Origin: Mytilus californianus
Lineage: Eukaryota
Assembly: GCF_021869535.1 (NCBI RefSeq)
Contig: NW_026262723.1
Span: 115,754,001 to 115,818,000 of the forward strand
DNA length: 64,000 nt
Direction: 5' to 3'
The notes beneath the pieces were generated by a model. That model saw only the letters and a program-made list of their open reading frames with translations. It did no database searches and was not told the DNA's origin. Position 1 is the stretch's first letter. Each line of letters starts with the position of its first letter. A program made the position numbers and the translations under genes. Shown here in pieces: positions 38,871 to 50,800 of the stretch.

Positions 38871-39654
38871 CGAACTTTAAACGGAGATAGACAGGACAAA
38901 AACTCATTAAAATACCAAGAAAACAAACAAACAAACAAACAAACCAGGGATAAACCAAGGTGAAATGTGTTGCTTAGATAAATTAAAATATAAAAATCTT
39001 TAATCGGAAAATTTAGATTACATCCGACCCACGCATTTTGATAAAAAAAAAGTCATCGAAGTTTGGTAAAATAAGTTTACATAGCTAGAAGCAGTTTTTT
39101 TTGTAAGATAACAAAACAAGTCAGCTGTGGCGTGTGTTATACGATATTTATTTATAGCTGAACAATTGAACCAGTGTACAAAATAAAAACAGTAGGATTA
39201 GCTAGATTGAACCGCCTCCCAAAAAAAACCCCCACAAAAAACACACAATCGAATGTCAGACAATTATTTATTCAAAACGGTATATACTCATGTACGCCGG
39301 CTCATGTCAGCTTGAAACACTGAACAATATAGTCTATTAGGAGGAACGTTCTAAAATGTTTGCGGCATCAGGTTATTTGAAAGCGTTAGCTGATTCCATT
39401 TATTGAATTTGAATATAATTGGATCACATGTATTATGTGTGAACGATAACACAAGAGTAGATAGAATGAACTCGATAGTGTTATAAAGACGTTATGCAGG
39501 AAAATCAACTCCTGTTGCGTATCATATAGCAACAAGTGTCAAACTGAAGAAGAAATATGACAGCCAGATGACATTAGACATGTGTGATTTGTTGAGAACC
39601 TTGGACAGTATACAGCCCAACCAAGTTTGTGATGATGACTCACAAACTATTAAA

Positions 39655-40055
39655 AAGTAAAATCACAAAAATACTGAACTCCGAGGAAAATTCAATCGGA
39701 AAGTCCCTAATCACATGGCAAAATCAAATGACAAAACACATCAAACGAATGGACAACAACTGTCATATTCCTGACTTGGTACAGGCATTTTCAAATGTAG
39801 AAAATGGTGGATTGAACCTGGTTTTATAGCGCTAAACCTCTCACTTGTACGACAGTCTTATCAAATTTCGTTATATTTACAACGATGCGTGAACAAAACA
39901 GACATTATAAATAAAATAGTCAAAATATGGGTACAGCAGTCATCACTGTGTTACAATATCAAAACAAACAATTATTTACAAAAAAAGCACAAAAGCATCT
40001 ATCAAATTAAGACCCACATTCATTGCTTCGCGTGTCTGACGTCAGAAAATGTAAA
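39655..40055 (-). mobile_element. Recent 401-bp family B insertion, flanked by duplicated TAAA
   Basis: Absent from the otherwise near-identical copy 1 (empty site CTAT-TAAA-CGTG at ~2805); paralog offset jumps from 36846 to 37247. Confidence 0.92.
39759..39856 (-). ncRNA. Putative P5-type twister ribozyme variant inside family B
   Basis: P5 ACUGUCGUA/UAUGACAGU; GAGGU; C^AA; P3 CAUUUUC/GAAAAUG; P4 CCUG/CAGG; loop UACCAAGU; T1 ACC/GGU; T2 AC/GU; P2 weak (UCC/G-U-GA with a bulge). Confidence 0.62.
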
Positions 40056-41932
40056 CGTGTTATTCGAAAATCCTTCAGTATATAACATGTTATTGTGTTC
40101 TTTTAATTTATCTTTGTATATGGTCATTTTTTGTATTTTGTCTTTTATTTTTGCTTATGTGCTTTTTCTATAGAGTGTTTACATGACATTTTGTTTTTCT
40201 TTGTTGACATAGTTATTTGTTTTTATAGTGATTAAGATTATATCACAATGTTGACTATTGAACCTCATTTTTGACATTTTTACCTATTATGTTTGTTTGT
40301 TTTGCTCACACATTGTTGTCAATATAATGGAATTCTATGCGACTGTCAAACAAGTGAGAGGTTTAGCTAGCTATAAAACCAGGTTTGATCCACCATTTTC
40401 TTCAAAAGGAAATGCCTGTACCAAGTCAGGAATATGACAGTTGTTTTCAACGTTTGATGTGTTTGATAAAAGAATAAGTGATTAAAACTAATATTTTATG
40501 ATCTTCACAACAGTTTACTGTTTCCGAAAATGATTGATTAATTCACAAAAGCAAAATTCGTATAGTTGTCTCATCGGAAATCATACCACATCTCCTTATA
40601 CTTATATTAATAGAAAAATAATTTGAGTCATTTATACATTTCAGATGCAGAGAAGGATTTAGACAACACATATATTATTATAATTGTTTTGTCGGTGGCC
40701 CTGTTCTTATCTTTTCTATGTAATGTAGTTCAATATATGTGTTCACGAAAAGATGACGACAACGAGAACTGCTCCTGCTTCCGAAATCACAAACAGACTT
40801 TTCAGATGTCGCATCTATGACCCGAGATATTCAGGCGATGTATTTTAATATCATACGGCTAAATTCTATTCTCTATCTTTTTTTCTTAGATCTTTTTTTT
40901 TTTTTTTTAAATCTGTACCATAGGAGATTTTATGTATAACCAGGTGCAGTGGACATATAGGCTCTTTCATTAACAATAAAAAAAAAATAAGTCGTTTCCT
41001 TTACCACTTCAGAAGCCAATGAAATACTAAGAATATGTGTCACCCACTGCTTTCGTTTCACCATGTTCCCTGTCTGTAATCTAAGATTTTTTTTGCCACT
41101 CACCATCGGCGTTGCTTTTGATTTGTCTGATTCTTCTATTGTCATCGAGATTTCGTTTAGTGATATTATTTATCGACAATCAAAGAAAGCAATGTCAACG
41201 CGTTCTTACTTTTAAATTTTCATTTTTGTAATATTTTGTTAAGTTTTTTCAACCAATTATGTTGTATTTGTTTGAATACAACAATACTTGCAAGTCTGAC
41301 AGTCAAACACATTGAAATTCAGACATTTTCATCAATAAATCATAATTAATATGCATTACAGTAAACAACTTTGCGCGTGCAAGTAATTGCTGTTAAGAAC
41401 AGTTTGCAGTCTGATGTCGTTATACAATGATATTCAGTGTTTAAATAGAAATGTTTCTAATTACACAATTAACTGATTCTGTTATTAATCACTTATGATT
41501 TTACTTTATTCCTCTAGTTACCATAGTCTAGCTTTGATAATACCGTTAACAAAATATTTAGGTAAGTTTTTTAACATTTACATAATGCGGGAGTCGTGAA
41601 TGCTTAATTTCTCCTGTGATTTAAAAAAAAATCATAAAAGACACCAAGATTTGGTATGCCTCTCCAATTTCGTCAAAACAAGATTAACCAGTGACGATAG
41701 AATCAAATCAAATAGAAGATCAAATCCAATGCGTAGTTGAAAACATATAAAACCAAAATGTCCAGAAGATCTGCAAAATACGGCTACGGTTTTTCGTGCC
41801 TGGGGGTATAAAACAACATTGCACAAAACTGCAAACATATATTGATGCCACTGCTGAATGTGAGGCTGATTATCCTTCCATCCTGGCAAATGAGCTGTTC
41901 TAACTATTACACAGACAAACAATTCATTTAGG

Positions 41933-42258
41933 CATCATACCATCCTGCATAACTATACTTTGGAACCTATTAAATCAGCAAAATATCTCGGTGTTACCTT
42001 AGAGTCAAATTTTAAATGGAATAATCACTACGATAATATCACATCAAGTGGAACAAATATATTTACTTCCTGCAGAGAAACCCAAAAGCATCAAACAGCA
42101 ACATTAAATCACGTGCATATCAGTACACAGTGAGACCACATCTGCGGTTTATGGGATCCTCATACAAGAGAATATAACTAGAAATGGAGCAGAGGCGAGC
42201 TGCCCGTTATTTATGTAACATATATCTTTAACTAAAGTGACAGTAGTTTACTGATGTT
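41933..42258 (+). mobile_element. Degraded LINE RT remnant, duplicate of 4685-5010
   Basis: Same KYLGVTLES...WNNH and QRRAARY remnants. Confidence 0.8.
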
Positions 42259-44802
42259 CAAATTTCGTAACTCTGTTAGAAAGAGAAAAATCAAAGGAAC
42301 AAACAAAAACCGATGAACTCCTAAAAGAGCGAGACGGGTGAGTCGACAGGGTAAGCGTTTTCTGCTATGTATGCATCACTCGTCATGTAAATTCACCCTC
42401 AGTCAAAAAGGGGCGAAGGATACAAAAGGGACATTCAAACTCATAAGTCGAAAATCAGCTGACAACGCCATGGCTAAAAAAGAAAAAGACAAACAACAGT
42501 ACATAAAACATAACATAGAAAACCAAAGACTGAGCAACACGAACCCCATCAAAAACTGGGGGTGATTTCATGTGCTTCAGAAGGGTACGCAGATCCTGCT
42601 CCACATGTGGCACCTGTTGTGTTGCTCATGTTAGTACAAACCAGGTGATAATTCTAATCCGGTAGGTCACATTCAGGGAAAAGGGGACGGGATTGTATTT
42701 ACGACAATTGGAACATATCAAAATGTCACAATCAGGAAAAGGACACATAACAGTAGTGTTACATCAAAGATAAACACCAGGCTGATTAAATTCCTTAAAG
42801 TCGTTTGTCGCTAGTCCTCAAGCCAACAAATACGAGAATAAGAAAAACACATAACCAAATATTCCAGACAATTTCTAACTGATGCAACAGATCGTAGTCT
42901 TCAATAACATGAAGTTGAAACTATATCTGAAGAAGAAGCAAAAACCGCAATATTTTCCCGACCTTATGGAGCACCTGTGGTCATCATCATAATTGCAAGG
43001 GGTTCGATATACCATTAGCTTTTTTTTATATTGTTTCTTTTATTTCAAATATCTGCGTTTTAAGTAAGTAATTGTCTTTCATCATGGTGTTAATTTGCTA
43101 TAACCATTTATTGTATTCTTGTATTTCATTTTTGTTTATGTGCTTTGTCTATAGAGTGTCTTCATTTCATTTTATTTTTTCTTTGTTAACATAGTTGTTT
43201 GTTTTAATAGTGAGTAAGATTATAGCACAATGTCGACTGTTGTACCCCAATATTTGACATTTTTACATATAATGTCTATTTGTTTTGCTCACACATTGTT
43301 GTCAATATTATGGAATTTTGTGCGACTGTCATACAAGAGAGAGGTATCGCTAGCTATAAAACCAGGTTTAATCCACCATTATCTACATAAGGAAATGTCT
43401 GTATGTGTTTGATCTTTTGAGTTTGCCATTTGCTAAGGGACTTTCGTTTTGAATTTTCCTAGGAGTTCGGCATTTTTGTTATTTTACTTTTTATCATTTG
43501 CACTGAAAAAATGTACGGTTATGATAAAGAAATAATAGTTTTACCAGTAACAAGGATTATAAATAAGGGTTAGACAAAAGACATTTACAAATCTGCTACT
43601 TAATATGGCCTTTTTAACAAACGCGATGGTCATATTGACTGTTATATAAAAATTTCAACACTTCACCTTTTGTTGACAAAGATAATGGTCATCGCCTCTC
43701 CCTAACATTTCTCATTGAAATCCATTTAACAGATTGATATCTTTGTGTAGTAACCCTTTATCAAAATTTTAAATTTATTCATATGATCAAAAAAGCTGCT
43801 ACAGAAAGTTAGCCTTTGCCCTTATCATACCACATTCCTCGTTCATTGTTGCAATCATCTGGTCCGTATGTTTGTCCGTCTGTTCGTCCAACAACTATTT
43901 TCGTCACACTTTACTCAGAAACTAGTGATTAGAATGACTTTATATTTGGTCAGCAGACTGACAGTGGTGTATTTTTTGGATCAGTCAAATACCAACTTCC
44001 TGTTTGCCATTACCTTGAATTTTCTAATATGATGAATGATCTTAAACTTTTGGTCACATATTTCCCAAATACTACTAAACAGGATGACTCCATATTTGGC
44101 AAAGAGCTAAACAGCGATAAATTGTAATGTATATACGCTTTACGGATCTGTCAGACACCTTTTTCATAATTTTCGGTAATTTGAGATAGGATTTGGGATT
44201 TGCTTAGCACGACAGCACGTGCGTTCTGGCTTTTTATTGCAGTCACTAAAAACTTATATAGCAAGTAATTGATCACAAAAATGTCCATCTTTAAAAAAAT
44301 GATTAATAGTTAATTTTTATTATTTACAATGTAGTGTCACATTTACTATCTGTGTCTCCCTAGTATTATTGACATCATGTCTACAATAAAAAAAAAATCA
44401 AATAGAATTACTATTGCAGGTATATATTTCTTTTATAACACTTAATGATTTATAGTTATGTTCAACATAGTAGTGTTCAAATCATAAAACGATGCTATGT
44501 TTAACATTTGACTTAAAGGATATAGGAAAGATTTTTAGTTAAGAGAAAGTGTGATTTTTTGTATAACACATTGTTAAACATTTTCTATTATCAAATAGTT
44601 CCTAACAAGCTTGGACTGAATAAATATGTACAATAAATGATAGAACGAGTCACAAAAAGGCTTTCTATTGCGCCAATCTATATTTGTGGACTTTCGATGT
44701 TTAGTTGTTATAAAACTGAAGTTTACAGCCAAGCATACCTATTACATTTATGGTTTTTAAATTATATTTGTAAAACACTAAACAGTTAATTACCTAATGA
44801 TA

Positions 44803-47800
44803 TTATCCAACAACTGGTAGTACAGTTGGTACAAAATCGAGTCCTGGTTTTCCACTGAAAACATCTTTCATTGTTTTAATTAAAGGGTTTTTGCCTTGCC
44901 CACAAACGCCATGGAAGTCATCTAGATCTAATGCCCACATCATACCTCCTCCTAAACCTAGGTCCATAATATATTTTGTCTGTTTGGAAAAAAAAAACAA
45001 ATTATGTTTAAATTTTAGATAATCCTTGTTAAACGACTATACTGGTAAAACTCTTCTATGATATAACTGTCAAAATGTGTTCCAAGTTCGAATTGTCGGT
45101 ATCTGTTCTAGGTAAAACAGTTTTAAAAAATTTTTCTCTGATTATTAATGAACTCTTTACACTAAAGCCATTGGATGTTGGATGTGTACTGATTGATATT
45201 TTAGTCTTAGTTACAAGATTTTTTTATTAGTTGTTATTGGCTTTAAACTAGATTTAAGTAACTGAGAATACTCTCAGATCTGTACATTATGTCTTATGTG
45301 TTAAGTGTATTTTGTGCTTTTGAGACTGTAATTCTGTGGTTGTCGTTTGTTGCTAAATATCATATTTGTTTTTCGTTTATAGTTTTGTCAGGCAGTTAGC
45401 TTTCTTGTTTGAATTGTTTTACATTTGACTTTTTTATAGCTTGCTATAAAATGCGGTATTGGTTTTACTCATTGTTGAAAGTTGTACGATGACCTATAGT
45501 TGCTAACTTCTACGTCATTTGGTCTCTGGTGGAGTGTTATCTCATTGGCGATCATACAACATCTTCTTATTTTTATAAAACGGTTTCATGGTATAAAACG
45601 CTTCTGTCAGAAACTGTTTTAAGATGTCAACAGAACTGTTCTTAAGACTGTACTAGAACAGCTCCCAGCACAGTTCATGACAGATTTGAAGGGAGGTTAA
45701 AACTGATCCCAACTTTAGTAACAGTTACTCTCTATCTATTATAGAGGAGAGGCAGCAGATAACAAAGGGATAACAAAACGGATAGGGCAAAAAAAAAAAA
45801 ACTGACAACGCTTTGGAAAACAAACGTAAACCGACCATAAGACATACAACAGTCTTCAAAACACAATATAGAGGACAAAAGACTGAGCAACACGAAATCC
45901 ACCAAAAAACGGAGGTTTATTATAGATAGCAAAATTACAAAAAAAATCATCCCTGTACAATTACCCCAAAAGGAAGTCATCTGACAATTCTGGTCAAATT
46001 AGACGGTATTTTGTTCTTCGACTTTCGGCTCTTGGCAGGTTTTTTTCTACCAATAACGGTTTACAAGATAATTGACCATAGTCGCATTTACCATTTTGAT
46101 CTATTTTAAGTCTTCGCGAATATGCTGGTTTGAAGCGGGATCATTGGATACATTTTATAAGACAAGATACCCCATTGGTGACTATGACCGAGTTTGGTTC
46201 AAATTTTCAGATAAGTTCTAAGATTTTTGTAAAAGTTAAAGGACGATGGGCGATGGGATGGAAGCAAAGCGATTTAAAAAAAAAGGGAATTTCAGAGCCC
46301 TCATTTATACCGATTTCAGTGTTAAATAAAAAGTAAAGTAATTAAAACACCCATTAAGATGTTTGGTATTGTAGTAATCTTTTTCTGGCATAAATACTTA
46401 CTTTAATGGCAATACTTTTCGGAGTTTCGAAGGAGATCCATTGGTTATCATGGTAGGCATATGGTACTTTCTGTTCATCAAGCCAAACTTCTGTCCAATT
46501 CTGATACATTATGTCATAGCAGATCTAGCCAAAAAGAAATAAGGAGATGTGGTATGAGTGCCAATGAGACAACTCTCCATCCAAGACACAATGTGTAAAA
46601 AGTAAACAATTATAGGTCAAAGTACGGCCTTCGTTATGAATAAATCTTATTAATTGCCTTTGAATATTGCTTAGCTCTTCAATAAAGAAGATCTTAAGTT
46701 ATTATAAAATACTCAAAAACTACTTTCGAAATTCAAGTTTATATTTCTTTGATTATCACTCTAAGGAACTGATCTTGTATATCATAAGTAATACATTAAG
46801 AATTAGTCGTACAACAGACCATACAAACCAATTCTCCCGACTACACATAGATACACAAGCAAAATATATAACCATGACCAACACTTGGTCCAGATACTCT
46901 AACTATATATCGGCCCAAAATGTAATGGGGTAGCTTAAACGGGTTTTACAAGCACACACCTACTTTACCGTTTTCCATCATCGTAAAACAAAATGCCTAC
47001 ATATTCTAGCTACAAACACTCAGGATGACCAATTAAACGAGGAAAGAAATAAAAGACTATATATCGTAGAAAAGCACAATCTAAGTCATTATTTTGTGGA
47101 TCTCTTCTAACAGTATAATTTATTGATTGCTTTTTCTTGGTAGTCACATGTCATTTAGCAGTAAGTGTTTATGTCGGCCATGTTGTCGAGAAATAGTGAA
47201 TAAGTTCATTCGACAACCAAACATCTTATAGTAATAATGAATTTTCAACAACGTTTAGTGTTTCGAGAAGAATTCAAATGCAATACAAAAGCAAGCCTAC
47301 ATAAAAAATATAACACTAATCACAAAATTCCCTTTTAACAACTGATAACACAATGACGTCCAAGACATTAATGGATAATTAGCCTACAAACCCAAGTTAA
47401 CCCTTACATATACGACATGCAAATATAATGATTAACGTGAGCACTGGATAAAACTGCCATCAACGGCATACGGGAAAAAACTGTTAGAACACAATTCATA
47501 TGTAAGCCACCATAAAAGGTTAAGGATAAATTCACATGAAACCAAATGACAACGATAAAATTTAAAGTGTTAGCTTGATGAATAAGTATCATGCATCAAC
47601 TTTCCAAATAAAGATGAAAACATTTTAAATGTGATTTATACGTAAATAAATGAAAATAATACTGGTGCGTCCATGACACTTGTCTGGAATTCCTATATCT
47701 ATTTATCATATCAAACTTACCTCATAATATGATAAGAATCCCTTTTCTTTTGTGGTTAAACCTGCAGTACCCTGGCCATCAGTAGGAGCACCCAATCCTG

Positions 47801-50800
47801 TCTCAGATGTATTATTCAATACAAAAGACCTTCCATATGTTGCCATACCTAATACAAGTTTTTCTTTCGGAGTACCGCCATTTAACCACATTTTAACAGC
47901 AAAATCCTAAAAACAAACAATGTCAGCCTCAATACGTTGTAATATCCAGTATAGAGTTTAAAACAAATGGAGCAACAAAAAGACTTCAAACAATGGGAAA
48001 ACACATGCCGTATAATAAGTAATTAACAGTGGGAAAACACATGCCGTATAATAAGTAATTAACAGTGGGAAAACACATGCCATGTAATAAGTAATAAACA
48101 GTGGGAAAACACATGCCGTATAATAAGTAATAAACAATGGGAAAACACATGCCGTATAATAAGTAATAAACAGACCCAACATGACAAAATGTAAAACAAT
48201 TCAAATGAGAAAACCAATGATCTGATTTATAAATAAACAATAAACTATAAACAAATATGACAGACATCAACCCATGACTACCACTTCAGGCTTCTGATTT
48301 GAGACAGGCACACATAGAATGTGCAGGGCTAATATATATAAGAAGATGTGGTATGAGTGCCAATGAGACAACTCTCCATCCAAGTCAAAATTTATAAAAG
48401 TAAACCATTATAGATCACAGTACGGTCTTCAACACGGAGCCTTGGCTCAAACCGAACAGTAAGCTATAAAGGGCCCCAAAAAATTACTAGTGTAAAACCT
48501 TCAAACGGGAAAACCAACGGTCTAATCTATATAAAAAACGAGAAACGAGAAACACTTATGAACCACATCAACAAACGACAACTACTGAACATCAGATTCC
48601 TGACTTAGGACACTAAACATGTTTACACTAAACCTTCACCAGACTGGGATATTGGTGTTACAACATAACAAATAAACAGGCTGTAAAATCAGTTTAAAAG
48701 GATCGGCACGTAGAACAAAAATCAAACTACAAAAAGAAACAAATACAAAAGACTCCAAAAACCGATGTAAGAATATTTGCAGCTATTGAAAGCTAGTTAA
48801 AAGCCGATCACAATTAATAAATACATCATTATTTCCAGACCAGAATATCAAATAGTATATGAGAAAAGCATGAACTTGTGTGATGTCAAAATATAAGTAT
48901 CGACAAAGATGAAGGACCATAAGCTTTCAAAACTATATAGCAATATACTGTAACATTTCGTAATGTTAAACTATTGATAATAAAATCAATGTTAGTGCCA
49001 AAAAGAAAATATTCAATTATCTAACATCAGTGTTAAACTGATAACCTTTAATAATAAGTTTATTCAAAGGTTCAATAAGTTAACTTGCATCGTATTAACA
49101 TTCACGGGCTCTCTAGACAAAATTATCATACAAATTAGGATGTGATATCCGCTTTGTAATAAATTTTCTACGGGTACAACCAAACTTCTTGTTTTTCAAA
49201 TGTATCAATTGCGCCAATATTCGGAACTCATTTTCGCCAATTTACCTGTACACATATTTATCATACATATTAATGATTAATATATATTTATTCTTATTTT
49301 TGGCTTATAAAGTATCATTCGTGAAATAATTGTTACTCTTGGTGGTGAAAGGTGGTGAGTATAAATAATAGGATTTACACTATAGTAAAGGTATGAATAT
49401 AAATCAACAGGTGAACACTAATTATAAAAAGTGTCCAGTGAAGAATAATGAAAAATCAGTTTGAGAGAAGTCTTTGCTTGGAAAACATGGATATAACTAT
49501 AAAGAAATTAGAATCGAATCGAGGGAAGCCAGTTGTTGTTTTAGATAGCCATAAATTCCGTCAGGTTTTATAAAAAAAATGTGGAGAAACAAGATGGCGA
49601 TTTACTTCCAAAAAAGGCAGTGTCACCACTTATACTGATGAGCAATTTATAGCTGTTTTGAGTGGATATCTTGCACATATACATGAGACAGACCCACAAA
49701 AGTAAGAGAGGTAAATACTACGCACGGCATGCAAAAGAAAAGCTACAGAAAATATATCCCAGAGACCATTTAAGATCATATGTTCGGAGCTATTTCACCA
49801 TGAAGAGGAACATCTGGAGAAAAATAACTTAAAACGCATTAGACAGTCCATGTACAGAGAGAGAAAACTACACTGCCCAACCGAAAAATTCTATAGAATT
49901 TCATGAAATTTTAAGTGAAATTGGAGTCATCACAAATAAGGAAGAAGAGTTTGTTTTAGCAAATGATATTGGAAGTGACATTGTTATTCCTGGTTGTGAA
50001 GCTTACTTGAAATTTCTTTGTTTGCAGGCAGAGGATGTATTTGCTGATGGAACATTTAAGTGTTGTCCGAAGTATTGCAAACAATTGTATACAACACATG
50101 GATTCAGGAATGGATTAGCCTTTCTGAACCCAGATGAAGTAGTTGATTCCAATGCTGAAGATTTAATACAAGATATGCCAAAAGAGAAGAAAATAGATTC
50201 TTTTGGTGAATATGTTTTAGCCACATATGTTGATGACAGTGCTATGTTCCCACCATCTGTATGGGCTGAAACCCCATCTACGGCAAGACGTACCAATAAT
50301 GGAGCATAGGCATTCCACAAGAATTACAAGGAACTGTTTTATGCATCCCATCCTTCAGTGTTTGTGTTTTGGACAATATAGTGAAGCTACAAGCTATTGC
50401 ATACATTAAATTGCGAAGTACTCATGCAGCAGCAGTAAAAAGTAGACATGTTTCAGAAAAGGAAACATTTGCCGTTCAAAAGTATGAGAAATATGCAGAA
50501 GAACTCAGCCGCAGAGACTTTGGTTGTGTAATGAGTTACAAATTCCAGCCTTTTTTATAATATATATGTTGTCTGACTGTTCATAGTTTTATGTTTTAAA
50601 GTATTCTATTAAATGACTTAAAATGACTTTATTTCCGCCAGTGTACACTGCCGGTCCCAAGCCCGGATAAAGGAGGAGGGAGTCATTTTTCTTTTAATTG
50701 GCGCAATCGTATATTTCATTTTTGGCGCAAATGATAATATGTAATTTTAAAACAGGTAGCGCAAACGTAGCATTGGAGAAAAAAGTTGTGGCGCAAAAGG

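Larger units (their letters stand above)
37907..40820 (+). pseudogene. 3' half of membrane-anchored GH18 chitinase (copy 2)
   Basis: Exons 37907-~38739 and 40645-40820; same 4-bp frameshift as copy 1 plus a 6-bp in-frame deletion. Confidence 0.8.

Noticed and set aside
49639-49670. CTGATGA hammerhead-like heptamers at 49639, 57248 and 1263
   Set aside because: No helix II followed by GAAA and no cleavage triplet in register.
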